Below are positions 36,563 through 48,760 of a stretch of DNA of 64,000 bases, piece after piece (positions within the stretch are counted from its first letter, which is position 1; each line of letters begins with the position of its first letter). The stretch is from NCBI GenBank assembly GCA_951406725.2, contig OX597825.1, forward strand, positions 68,200,001-68,264,000, in the 5' to 3' direction. Origin of the DNA: Octopus vulgaris (lineage: Eukaryota). Under the pieces are notes generated by a model. The model was not told where the DNA came from, searched no databases, and saw nothing but the letters and a program-made list of their open reading frames with translations. Made by a program: the position numbers and the translations under genes.

Positions 36563-37130
36563 CATCATCATCATCATCATCATCGTTTAACATCCATTTT
36601 CCATGCTGGCATGGGTTGGACAGTTTGACTGAAGACTGGCAAGCCAATGTGATCTGGCAAGGTTTCTACAGTTGGATGCACTTCCTAATGCCAACCACTC
36701 TGAGAGTGTAGTGGGTACTGGCATCAACCACGTTCGGATGACACTTTTTACATGCCACCAGAACTGGAGCCAGTCGAGGGCACTGGCATCAACCACGTTC
36801 GGATGACGCTTTTTACATGCCACCAGAACTGGAGCCAGTCGAGGGCACTGGCATCAACCATGTTCGGATGATGCTTTTTACATGCCACCAGAACTGGAGC
36901 CAGTCGAGGGGCACTGGCATCAACCACGTTCATATGACACTTTTTACATGCCACCAGAACTGGAGCCAGTCAGGGGAACTGGCATCAGCCACATTCAGAT
37001 GGTGCTTTTTACATCGCACTGGCATGGGGAGCCAGTCAGGCAGCACTGGCATCGACTCATGCTTGAATGGTGCTCATTACGTGCCACCAGCACAGGTGCC
37101 ACTCAGGCAGCACTATCCCTAGCCACAACT
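36563..37130 (-). mobile_element. RTE 3' UTR copy with an expanded 65-bp internal tandem repeat
   Basis: ctggcatc recurs at 36718, 36783, 36848, 36914, 36979. Confidence 0.85.
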
Positions 37131-37392
37131 ATGATTTCCATTTTGATTTTTGATTTTTGATTTTGATTTTTGATAGGATTTTGATAAAAACTATTTATAT
37201 AGAAATCATTCATGATGAATCCCTGAAAAGGATAAAAGCAGCAAATAAATAGTTTTATCTAAATCTTTACTATCTTCTTTTTCTTTATGTATATATATAT
37301 ATATAGCCACTTTTTAAAGTTTTTAAAGTTACAAATTTTCCATAGCAATTAGAGCCAGCATTGAAAGTACAGTATTATATATCCACTACGGC

Positions 37393-37479
37393 CAATCTTA
37401 CCAATTAGTTTCGCATTAGGGGTTCAACAGAGTGTTAGGTAACAGTCCGATTATGTAACACTGCACTCTTCAGAGATCG
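37393..37479 (-). ncRNA. Type I hammerhead motif with long loop II
   Basis: cgatct-CTGAAGA-gtg...tgc-GAAA-ctaattgg-TA-agattg; stem II weak. Confidence 0.6.
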
Positions 37480-37489
37480 CCATTATAGT

Positions 37490-37690
37490 ACATGATGGCA
37501 TATCAGACTACATAGTAGCATATCATACTACATTGTAGCATATTCTGCATGATGGCATGTCATACAGCATGATAGCATCTTATACTACATGATAATATGT
37601 TATGCTTATTTAGTATAGACTATTATACTACATGAACGCATATACTACATGATAGTATATTGTATACTACATGGGAAGACATCATACATG
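37490..37690. repeat. Degenerate ~20 bp minisatellite (catgatagcatatcatacta)
   Basis: Recurrent unit visible by eye. Confidence 0.65.
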
Positions 37691-38189
37691 AATTCTTGAT
37701 GCAGTAGTTGGAAGGTGGGGGTGACAATTTGATGTTTTCAGGCTCACCTTCTGACTGATGTGATTGATCTTCACCAATCTGAACATCTCTTAACCAACAT
37801 CTACAGAATAGAAAAACATTATATACAACTACATATGACCTTTTAGAAGCTTTCTTGAGATTTGAGGGGAAAAAATGAAGTGATCAATATAAAATTTCTT
37901 GTCAAATGAAGCAATTTTCATTCATCATCTCTAATGTACAGCGTCGGATGGAAAGAAAGGGTCAAAGAATATGTACCAAAGAATGGTGAGGAATGTCTTG
38001 GTACAAGAAAAGAATAAGATTGGAACAATCAGAAAGATATGAACCAAAATTAGAATGAACACAACTTTGAAACAAAAGAATATTGCAGATGTTTGGGTTA
38101 AATCGAGAACAAAGAGAGAAAAGGAAAAAAAAACATGAAGATGGAGGTTACTGAAGCATTTCACTGCACACATTGGCTGCCGGTGCCAT

Positions 38190-38619
38190 TGTTGTTGTTG
38201 TTGCTGATAATAGTGGTGGTGGTGGTGGTGGTGGTGGTGGTGGTGGTAGTAGTGGTGGTGGTGGTAGTGGTAGTTGGTTGGTGGTGGTGGTGGTGGTGGT
38301 GGTGATGGTGGTGGTGGTGGTGGTGGTGGTGTTAGTGGTGGTGTGGTGGTGGTGGTGGTGAGTGGTGGTGGTGTTAGTGGTGGTGGTGGTGGTGGTGGTG
38401 GTGGTGGTGGTGGTGGTGGTGGTGGTGGTGGTGGTGTTAGTGGTGGTGGTAATAGCAGTGGTTATGGCGGCAGCAGAGTAGGTGATGATGATGATGATGA
38501 CAACGATGACGGCAATGACGACGACAACAATATGCTTGTTGTGGTGGCAGCTGCAGCAATAGTGGCAGCAACAATGTTGATGGGAGGGATAGAAACCACA
38601 GAAGCAATGGTGGCAGTGA

Positions 38620-38653
<34 letters not shown>

Positions 38654-38658
38654 GATGT

Positions 38659-38690
<32 letters not shown>

Positions 38691-38700
38691 ATGTTGATGA

Positions 38701-38734
<34 letters not shown>

Positions 38735-38745
38735 GATGTTGATGA

Positions 38746-38777
<32 letters not shown>

Positions 38778-38781
38778 ATGT

Positions 38782-38827
<46 letters not shown>

Positions 38828-38872
38828 GGTGGTGGTGGTGGTGATGATGATGATGATTATCATCATCATCAT
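38190..38872. repeat. (GGT)n/(GAT)n trinucleotide array
   Basis: Simple repeat; similar arrays at 47858-48045 and 53686-53960. Confidence 0.95.
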
Positions 38873-39000
38873 CCATTTGTTTCAATGAGCCTTCCCTCTA
38901 CCTAGATGCTACATACTAGAGAACTGTTACTCAGCACCTGTGCTATATATAATTTTTGCGATATATATTAATGTACACTTGTGGTATATATTCTCTTTGT

Positions 39001-39040
<40 letters not shown>

Positions 39041-39263
39041 TGCAGGCATGACTGTGTGTTAGGTGCAGGAGTGGCTGTCTAGGCACAGGAGTGGCTGTGC
39101 AGGTGCAGGAGTGGTTGTGTGGTAAGTAGCTTGCTTACCAACCACATGGCTCCAGGTTCAGTCCCACTGCATGGCACCTTGGGCAAGTGTCTTCTACTAT
39201 AGCCTCAGGTCAACCAAAGCCTTGTGAGTGGACTTAGTTGACAGAAACTAAAAGAAGCCTGTC

Positions 39264-39302
<39 letters not shown>

Positions 39303-39633
39303 TGTATTTCACTTATTTTTTTTTTTTGTTTTACTACATAGAGGTCATCAACTGCCTACCCAGAGTAATTACTGATGGTACGTGTCTGATGCATGTACAT
39401 ATATATATATATGTGACCGCGTGTGTACCATTGGCCATTTTTTTTCCTCCATCTTCCCTTCTCTGGATCTTTCCTTTTCCTATGTTTTTGACGAAGAGCT
39501 CCACTCGAAACATAAAACCCTCCGTCTTCCCTTCCTTCCTGAGCATCCAATAATACTATATTTGTTCCACGTCCTCGCATTGTTGTGTTTTCTCTTGGTG
39601 TTTTCATGTTTGGATTAACTTTATATATATATC

Positions 39634-39945
39634 AGTGTATCACTGCAACAACCAGACGATCAGATAGTGTTATACTTTTCTGGTCAAAATCTGCTTCCAA
39701 TTTTTCCATGAGTTCTTGCTTGACTGTACCATTCTTTCCATCCTGTCCCAAATTGCTTAAATAAATTGTTTTGCCATCATTGTAGAGAACTTCCAAGTTT
39801 CTTTTTCCAATCTCTTGATACCACTCAGCAACTGCACAAGTCCACCTATTGTCTGTGAACCTTGTAACATATCCAGCCCAGCGGTACTTGTGCTTTCGGT
39901 ATTCTACAAACAGATCATTGACATCATTGAATTGTTTCATCCTGA
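39634..39945 (-). mobile_element. RTE-1-like LINE 3' fragment
   Basis: KYRWAGYVTRFTDNRWTCAVAEWY. Confidence 0.7.
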
Positions 39946-40036
<91 letters not shown>

Positions 40037-40087
40037 TGCATATATGTATGTATATGTATTTATATAAATATTTATACACCATACACA

Positions 40088-40124
<37 letters not shown>

Positions 40125-40174
40125 TTAGTTTTTATGTCAGTTTTCTTTCTTTCTTTTTCCAAACAGGCAAACCT

Positions 40175-41200
40175 CATCATCATCATCATCATTTAATGTC
40201 TACTCTCAATGCTGGCATGGGTTGGATGGTTTGACATGGAGCCGGCTAGCAAGGAGCTGTCCAGACTCCAGTCGTTTGTTGTGGCATGGTTTCTATGGCC
40301 AGATGTCCTTCCTAATGCCAACCACTTAACAGGGTGTGTTGGGTGCCTTTTACATGCCACTAGCATGAGTCTGTTTATGCAGCATTGGCACAGGTGCTTC
40401 TCAAGTGGCACCAGCGCCTGAAAGGACAAGCCTGTATGTATGGAAGACAACAATTTTACTTAGCTTGATATGTCTTATCAAGGACAACAAATCACCACAT
40501 CCTTCACTCCCTTGTCATTTCCACAGTGAGGTCCAGTGTCTGAAGATCCCTTCACACCACTTCATCCCACATCTTCCTGGGTCCACCCCTTCCACAAGTA
40601 CCCTCCACAATTAGAGCTCAGCACCTCTTTATGCAATTGTCCTTATTCATACACATCACATGACCAAACCAGTACAGTCTTCTCTCTTGCACACAACATC
40701 TGATGCCTCTTATGCCCAGTTTTCTTCTTAAATCATTTACACTCTGTCATGCATGCACACTGACATTACCCATCCAGCAGAGCATGCTAGCTTCATTTCT
40801 GTCAAGCTTTCACAACTCCTCTGTACTCAAAGCCCATGTTTCACTGTTATGTAAGATAGCTGTACATACAAAGGCATCATACAATCTGCCTTTCATTCTG
40901 AAGGAGAGACCCTTAGTTACCAACAAAAAGGTAGAAGCTCCTTGGACTCTGTCCAATCAGTTCTTATCCTAGCAACTACATTTTCAGAACTCCCTCCCCC
41001 ACTGTTAACTTGCTCCTTTAGATAACAGGAGCTATCAATTACTTCTAATGATCCACCAAAGGGAACCTGCTGTCTGTGTAGTTATAGTGCTTATTCTACC
41101 TACACATTTGCCACACACAAAGACTATATTCTCCGTTAACCTTCCATTGATAACACTGCATGATGAAATTTCTTGAGGCAGTATTCTTCAGTCAGATAAC
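40175..41200 (-). mobile_element. RTE LINE 3' fragment (decayed RT C-terminus plus 3' UTR)
   Basis: GSLEVIDSSCYL...LVTKGLSFRMKGRLY...SETWAL...ERRLYWFGHV...GTCGRG.PRK.W; (GAT)n tail. Confidence 0.85.
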
Positions 41201-41204
41201 ATAA

Positions 41205-41374
41205 GCGCAGGAGTGGCTGTATAGTAAGTAGCTTGCTTACAAACCACATGGTTCCGGGTTCAGTCCTACTGCGTGGCATCTTGGGCAAGTGTTTTCTACT
41301 ATAGCCTTGGGCCGACCAAAGCCTTGTGAGTGGATTTGGTAGACGAAAACTGAAAGAAGCCCGTCGTATATATG

Positions 41375-41417
<43 letters not shown>

Positions 41418-41611
41418 CTGTGTTTGTCCCCCTAGCATTGCTTGACAACCGATGCTGGTGTGTTTACGTTGCCGTCACTTAGCGGTTGAGCAAAAATGAG
41501 CAATAGAATAAGTACTAGGCTTACAAAGAATAAGTCCCGGGGTCGATTTGTTCAACTAAAGGTGGTGCCCCAGCGTGGCCACAGTCAAATGACTGAAACA
41601 AGTAAAAGAGT
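41205..41611 (+). mobile_element. SINE family A, full length
   Basis: Consensus match. Confidence 0.9.
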
Positions 41612-42025
41612 ATTCCTAATAATATCCCAGCCAGTACATATTTTTTTGAAAGTAAGGTACTCTTTAGTCTACATGCTTTTGCATGTTGAAACCACCAGTC
41701 AGTGGGTCTAATTGTTTATGACGAAAATAAACACACATCACTGCTGTTCTCAAGTGGTGTTAAAGTGTAGATATCTGGAGAGAAGCGCACACGTGCATGC
41801 ACACACACACACACACACATTCATGCATGCATGCATACATTCATACATTCATACTTACATATATATACAAACATACATATGGATGTACATCAGCTTCGTG
41901 TGAAGGAACGGGAGAAGTGACTGGACGATTTGTTGACAGGAAAAACTGACAACACCACCACTTGCCTGCACTGGCTAAGTGTTCCACATATATATATATA
42001 TATACACATATATATATGTGTGTAT

Positions 42026-42061
<36 letters not shown>

Positions 42062-42082
42062 TTACATATATGTATGTGTGTG

Positions 42083-42115
<33 letters not shown>

Positions 42116-42118
<3 letters not shown>

Positions 42119-42528
42119 CGCAGGAGTGGCTGTGTGGTAAGTAGCTTGCTAACCAACCACATGGTTCCAGGTTCAGTCCCACTGCATGGCATCTTGGGCA
42201 AGTGTCTTCTGCTATAGCCCCGGGCCGACCAAAGCCTTGTGAGTGGATTTGGTAGACGGAAACTGAAAGAAGCCTGTCGTATATACGTATATATATATAT
42301 GTATGTGTGTGTCTGTGTTTGTGTGTCTGTGTTTGTCCCCCTAGCATTGCTTGACAACCGATGCTGGTGTGTTTACATCCCCGTCACTTAGCAGTTCAAC
42401 AAAAGAGACCGATAGAATAAGTACTGGGCTTACAAAGAATAAGTCCCGGGGTCGATTTGCTCGACTAAAGGCGGTGCTCCAGCATGGCTGCAGTCAAATG
42501 ACTGAAACAAGTAAAAGAGTAAAAGAGT
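42116..42528 (+). mobile_element. SINE family A, full length
   Basis: Consensus match. Confidence 0.9.
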
Positions 42529-43178
42529 ATATAACTTTGAAAGAATGAGTAGAGATAGCTTTTTGGTGGGGATAATTTTTACCTTAATTTCAATAGTTAT
42601 GTCTACAGCAAGTTACTCTGATATGAGTTTCAAGCTTCAAGTAACTGTTTTCAAACTGAAAAATGGGTTTTACTGATTGTTTAAATAGCAAAAGTTTTTT
42701 TTTTCTTGCAAGGATATATGCAAAAAAATATATACAAAAAAGGGGAAAAAATATATTTAAAAAATATGGCCACAGTCAAATGACTGAAACAAGTAAAACA
42801 AGTAAAAAAGAAAAAAAAAGAAATATATATTAAATACAAAAGAAGGTGGGAAGAAGAAGAAGAACAACAACAACAACAATGAACAAGAAGGAAGGCAGAA
42901 GGCTAAGAAGTAGAAGAAAAAGAAGAGGAAAAAAGTAAATGAAATAGAGAAAATAAAAATAAATATATGAATAAAAATAAAAATAAAGATACCACTAATA
43001 GTAATTGGGATCAGTGGGGAGGGGAGTTAAGTCCATCAAGAATAAAGAAATGGTATATTTAGGAGTGGTCAATATTGTTGTGTCCTGATCAAAAGAAGAC
43101 CTGTTGGTGCCTATAGATTTGAGATCACCTATTCAATTCTCACAGGTGGTATGGTGTATATATATATATATATATATA

Positions 43179-43560
43179 TCTCTATATAAACGGCAGTTTG
43201 TCTGTGCGTGTTTCTGTGTGTCTGTTTGCTTGTACCCTCACTATGACCATGGCTTTCAACCGATTCTGATGAAACTTGACACACACATAGCCCAATGTCA
43301 TAATTCAAAACTAACGAAGCGAAAATTTTGAAAAGTTCCCCCAGTTCTGAAAAAAATCGATAAATTCGACATGGGGTCGAGAATCAGAAATACGAACCAC
43401 AAACTGTCTAGGGGACGCAACTCCACTTTTTTTAAATCTCAAAAAAAAATTTACCATCATTTTTTTCCATTTTTTTTTCTATTTTTTGGCTATAACTCTC
43501 AAGAAATGCTTTATAGTTATTTCCCTTACAAACCTGAGCAACGCCGGGCGATACTGCTAG
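43179..43560 (+). mobile_element. Non-autonomous Helitron sharing only its 3' ~130 bp with 22967-23268
   Basis: A|TC...hairpin...CTAG|T. Confidence 0.82.
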
Positions 43561-43978
43561 TATATTAATAAATGAAATAAAACATATGCATATATATAAA
43601 CATATATGTACGTACCTACCTCTACATGTACATATACACGCATATATGAGTACAGGACACCACATAATTAATATAGGATAAAAAAAATTTCGGGTGGGGG
43701 GGGATTTTATCAATGGCCAGCATATCAAAAAATGCCTTTAAAGGTAAAATTTATACATAATTTACAAGATAAGGCCAGAAGAAAAATTCTAATGCCAAAT
43801 ATGCCGAAACAAAAAAATTTTTTTGTCGATAACCATTATAATTTGTGCGTCTTGAAACAAACCGAGAGAAATCTCTAAAAAATTCGTTATTACCGTATTG
43901 GTGCAATTTCGGAGTTAATTCATAAGTTAACTCATACCCATGGGTATGAGTAAGTATTTCATTTATATCTTGCGTATT

Positions 43979-44037
43979 TGCCGCTGAAGAGGGGAAAATT
44001 TCTTATGAATTAACCCCGAAATTGGACCAATACGGTA
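43979..44037 (+). ncRNA. Type I hammerhead ribozyme, intact core
   Basis: tgccg-CTGAAGA-gggg(...)cccc-GAAA-ttggaccaa-TA-cggta; predicted cleavage after 44032. Confidence 0.82.
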
Positions 44038-44091
44038 ATAACGAATTTTTTAGAGATTTCTATCGGTTTGTTTCGAGACGCACAAATTATA

Positions 44092-44130
<39 letters not shown>

Positions 44131-44184
44131 TATACACACACACACACACATATACATACACCCACATACACACAAACATACATA

Positions 44185-44403
44185 TACTCTTTTACTCTAT
44201 TACTTGTTTCAGTCATTTGACAGTGGCCATGCTGGAGCACTGCAAATCAACCCCAGGACTTATTCTTTGTAAGCCGAGTACTTATTCTATTGGGTCTCTT
44301 TTGCCGAACCGCTAAGTTACTAGGATGCAAACACACCAGCACTGGTTGTCAAGTGATGTTGGGGGGGACAAACACAGACACACAAACATATACACACATA
44401 CAC

Positions 44404-44448
<45 letters not shown>

Positions 44449-44567
44449 TATGATGGGCTTCTTTCAGTTTCCGTCTACCAAATCCACTCACAAGGCTTTG
44501 GTCGGGCCGAGGCTATAGTAGAAGACACTTGCCCAAAGTGCCACGCAGTGGGATTGAACCCGGAACA
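44185..44567 (-). mobile_element. SINE family A, 5'-truncated
   Basis: Consensus match. Confidence 0.85.
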
Positions 44568-44582
44568 TATATGCATATATAC

Positions 44583-44990
44583 CAGGGACATGTTGCCTAG
44601 GTAGGCAATGTAGGCAGTGCCTACCTTAAATATAATAGATCAATAGCAACATTTTCCTCTCATGGCAAAATATGACCTAATTCCATAAAATTATGAAGGT
44701 TAGCTTGATTACTTATGCATATAACACAAAATGTTTTATTATTTTTGTAGATTAGGTAGGCATAATTCAACCCTGCTTTTCAATCTCAGTATTTAAGCTA
44801 TGCATATTACTGCTGTAGCACACGTGCTGTGTATATTTCTACAACACCGTTCTCTTTACATGCAATAAAGGCAGAAATAGATCTGTCCTCAACTCAGTTG
44901 CATGCCTGTGTTTCACTTATTTTTTATGTGTTTTACTACATAAAGTTTGCCAACTGCCTACCCAGAGTAATTACTGATGGCACATGCCTG
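44583..44990. mobile_element. hAT-like MITE
   Basis: cagggacatgttgcc ... ggcacatgcctg termini; its end is repeated at 39345-39390. Confidence 0.5.
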
Positions 44991-45194
44991 ATACATATAC
45001 ACTAGGATTATGACTTTTTCATAACCTAATAACCCTATACTGTAATTCAATGAATAATTTTATAAAAGTTAGGAAACTAACATTTATTTTGCTTTATTTG
45101 AAAAATATATCAGCCCCAACTTAAGAAATTGATCCCCATTTTTGACCCAAATCATACAAAACACAAAAAGCAAAAGTCTACCAGTTACATAAAA

Positions 45195-45460
45195 AAATAA
45201 ATGCACCCTTTTTTAAAGCCTAGCCAGGCTCATGGGCCCGGTTTCCCAGTTTCTATGGCGCATGTGTTCCCCAGCTGGACAGGATGCCTGTCCATCGCAG
45301 CGTTACTCATTTTTGCCAGTGGTGGTGCCAGTGAGTGGACTGGAGCAACATGAAATGAAGTGTTTTGCTCAAGAACACAACGCGTCGCCCGGTCCAAGAA
45401 TCGAAACCACAATCTTACGATCATGATGCTGGCACCCTAACCACTAAGCCACGTACCTTC
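45195..45460 (-). mobile_element. tRNA-head SINE family G
   Basis: gtggcttagtggttag...ggtttcgattc head; same family on + at 48512-48760. Confidence 0.8.
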
Positions 45461-45807
45461 ACCTACCAGTTATATGCCTACACATAATAGGCATAAGAGC
45501 AAAGTGCCACAGGCTGCTTTTGATGGAGAGACCCTTGTGATTTTCTTCATGCCTACTTCCCTTACCAGCATCTCTTTTTTAGACATCATCTGCTCAAAAG
45601 ACAACTGACAAACTGACTTGTTCTCAGGTTGAAAAATGGCAAGATAAATTATTATTCCAGCCAGAAAAACTGTGGGTAGCTATATTTAACAAGATTTATG
45701 GTTTCTATTATATTATCTTTAGACTCTTAGCTGATCAAGTGCTTTTCTACTTGTTGAATCCTTACCACATGATATATATATATATAATATATATATATGT
45801 ATGTATG

Positions 45808-45839
<32 letters not shown>

Positions 45840-46588
45840 TGTATGTATGTATGTATGTGTGTGTGTGTATGCATGTATGTATGCATATATATATATATGT
45901 ATGCATGTATAAATATATGTAGGTATGTATGTGTGTGTATGTGTGTGGCTTAGTGGTTAGGGGCATTCGGCTCATGATCGTAAGATCAAGAGTTCAATTC
46001 CCAGCACCTCATTGTATCCTTGAGCCAGACACTTTATATCATGTTGCTCCAGTTCACACAGCTGGCAAAAATGAGCAGTACCTCTATTTTCAGAATCGCT
46101 TGACAACCAGTGTTGGTGTGTTTATGTCCTCACAACATAGCGGTTCAGCAAAAGCTTTTTGGTGGGGGATAACTTTTACTTCAATTTTAATAGTTATGTC
46201 TACAGCAAGTTACTCTGATATGAGTTTGGAGCTTCAAGTAACTGTTTTCAAACTGAAAAATGGATTTTGCTGGTTGCTTAAATAGTTGTTAACCGTAGGA
46301 ACTTCGTAATGGCAGTTGGGGTAACAGTACTAATAAAATAGAGGAACGAGGAATAGATTTTATTGGGTACAACATGTTTCAACCCGTTCGTATCTGAATT
46401 TTTTTGTGTTTCAATAAATTTTCTCTGTTTTGACTCATTCTCGAATTTGATGGACATATAGCGGTATGTAAGCTGACTCAGGAAATCTCTAGTGAGACTT
46501 TTTATTGATGTACCCAAAGAGACCCAGAACAGGTTGAAACGTGTCATACCCAATAAAATCTATTACTCATTCCATCTATTTCATTAAT

Positions 46589-46621
<33 letters not shown>

Positions 46622-46627
<6 letters not shown>

Positions 46628-47368
46628 AAGTGCCACACCCTAGCAGTTGAGGGAACTTGTGGAAGAGGTAGACCCAGGAAGATCTGAGATGAAGTGGTGA
46701 AGCATGACCTTCGAACATTGGGCCTCACCAAGGCAATGACTAGTGACTGTGACCTTTGGAAATATGCTATGCTTGAGAAGACTTGGCAAGTGCAAGTGAG
46801 ACCATAACCTTGTGGCCTATGCTAGGGGTGTAACCAGTCCACTTATGTGTGCTTTTCCTTCATTGGACACTAAACTCTGCTTGCAAAGACCTGTTGAGGT
46901 AAGTGAAATCGAAATCAAATTCGATGACTGGCATTTGTTCTTGTGGAGCGCTAAGAGTACCATCCGAGCATGATCGTTGCCAGAGCAACAAGCTGGCCTC
47001 CATCCCGATGGCACGTAAAAAACACCATTCGAGCGTGATTGTTACCTGCGTCACCTTACTGGCATTTGTGCTAGTGACACTTGAAAAAACATTCGAGCGA
47101 GGTCATTGCCAGTGCTGCTGGACCGGCTCCTGTGCAGGTGGCACATAAAAAACACCATTTGAGTGTGGCCGTTGCCAGTACCGCCTGACTGGCCCTTGTG
47201 CTGGTGGCATGTAAAAGCACCCACTACACTCTCGGAGTGGTTGGCGTTAGGAAGGGCATCCAGCTGTAGAAACTCTGCCAGATCAGATTGGAGTCTGGTG
47301 CAACCATCTGGTTCACCAGACCTCAGTCAAATCGTCCAACCCATCCTAGCATGGAAAGCAGACACTAA

Positions 47369-47408
<40 letters not shown>
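46622..47408 (+). mobile_element. RTE LINE 3' end: ORF terminus plus long repetitive 3' UTR
   Basis: KKCHTLAVEGTCGRGRPRK.*DEVVKHDLRTLGL...; tail ggaagggcatccagctgtag...(GAT)n. Confidence 0.85.
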
Positions 47409-47409
<1 letters not shown>

Positions 47410-48424
47410 ATATATGTGTGTATATATATATATACACTCACAGAGTGGTTGGCGTTAGGAAGGCATCCAGCTGTAGAAACATTGCCAGATAAGACTGGAG
47501 CCTGGTGCAGCCTTCTGGCTTCCCAGATCGCTCGGTCGAACCGTCCAACCCATGCTAGCATGGAGAACGGATGTTAAACGATGATGATGATGATGATGTT
47601 GGTCTGCCAAAGACTTTTCAATGTCCCCTGGCTATAGTAGAAAACACTTGCTCAAAGTGCCACACAATTAGTTTGAAGAGAAAACTGTGTCGACAAAGTT
47701 TGGGATGCTAACTTGCCTACCACACAGTCATTCCTGCGGTTATAAGATATAATAAATAAAGAGAATGCAGAGTTAAAAGAGTGTGGGAGATGATGAGAAA
47801 GAGAGTGGATAGAGCTGAGAGACATGGAAAAACCAAGCGAGAGAGAAATTTGAAGCGTGGTGGTGGTATGGTGGTGGTGGTGGTGGTGGTGGTGGTGGCG
47901 GCGACGGCGGCGGTGGTGGTGATTGTGGTGGTGGTGGTGGTGGCTGTGGTGGTGGTGGTGATGGCTGTGGTAGTGGTGGTGGTGGCGGCAGCGGCGGCAG
48001 CGGTGGTGGTGGTGGTGGTGGTGGTGGTGGTGGTGGGGGATGATGAATAGAGAACGAAAGAAAGAAATAGAAAGTCCTTGTCTAAATTAATTTATTTTAT
48101 CAATTCTGAAAAGCTTGAAGTGGGTAGGTGGTGGGGGGCAGATACGGATTGGCTTGGCAAGATTAAGGTTTAAATAACATCTGCATGCAGAGCCCTTAAC
48201 TGCTGCCAGGCTGCCAAGTTTCTTTCCGCAGCAACAAAACTGTCAAATGGCTGCAGGGTAATTAGGGGTAGGGAAGGAGCGAGAGAGAGAGAGGCCTAAT
48301 GTAGGCACTTAGAAGAGCTAATTAGTTATCATTCATTATCAGTTGAATGTATATGTGTATGTGGTGTGAGTACACACATACATACATACATATATATATG
48401 TATGTATGTATGTATATATATATA

Positions 48425-48511
<87 letters not shown>

Positions 48512-48515
<4 letters not shown>

Positions 48516-48760
48516 AGGCACATGGCTTAGTGGTTAGAGTGTCAGCATCATAATCGTAAGATTGTGGTTTCGATTCCTAGACCGTGCGACGCGTTGTGTT
48601 CTTGAGCAAAACACTTCATTTCACATTGCTCCAGTCCACTCAGCTGGCAAAAGTGAGTAACGCTGCAATGGACTGGCGTCCCATCCAGCTGGGGAACACA
48701 TACACCATTGAAACCGGGCCCATGAGCCTGGCTAGGCTTTAAAAGGGTGCATTTATTATT
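48512..48760 (+). mobile_element. tRNA-head SINE family G
   Basis: A/B boxes; match to 45195-45460. Confidence 0.8.

Noticed and set aside
36718-37030. CRISPR-like regular repeats
   Set aside because: Contiguous tandem units with no unique spacers, eukaryotic context, no cas genes.
38148-38888. Long poly-His/Thr/Gly ORFs (245, 204, 136 aa)
   Set aside because: Translations of (GGT)n/(GAT)n microsatellites, open in several frames, with no splice or homology support.
45567-45678. Possible exon on either strand (strong minus donor gtaagg)
   Set aside because: Ambiguous acceptor, plausible frames on both strands, no homology.
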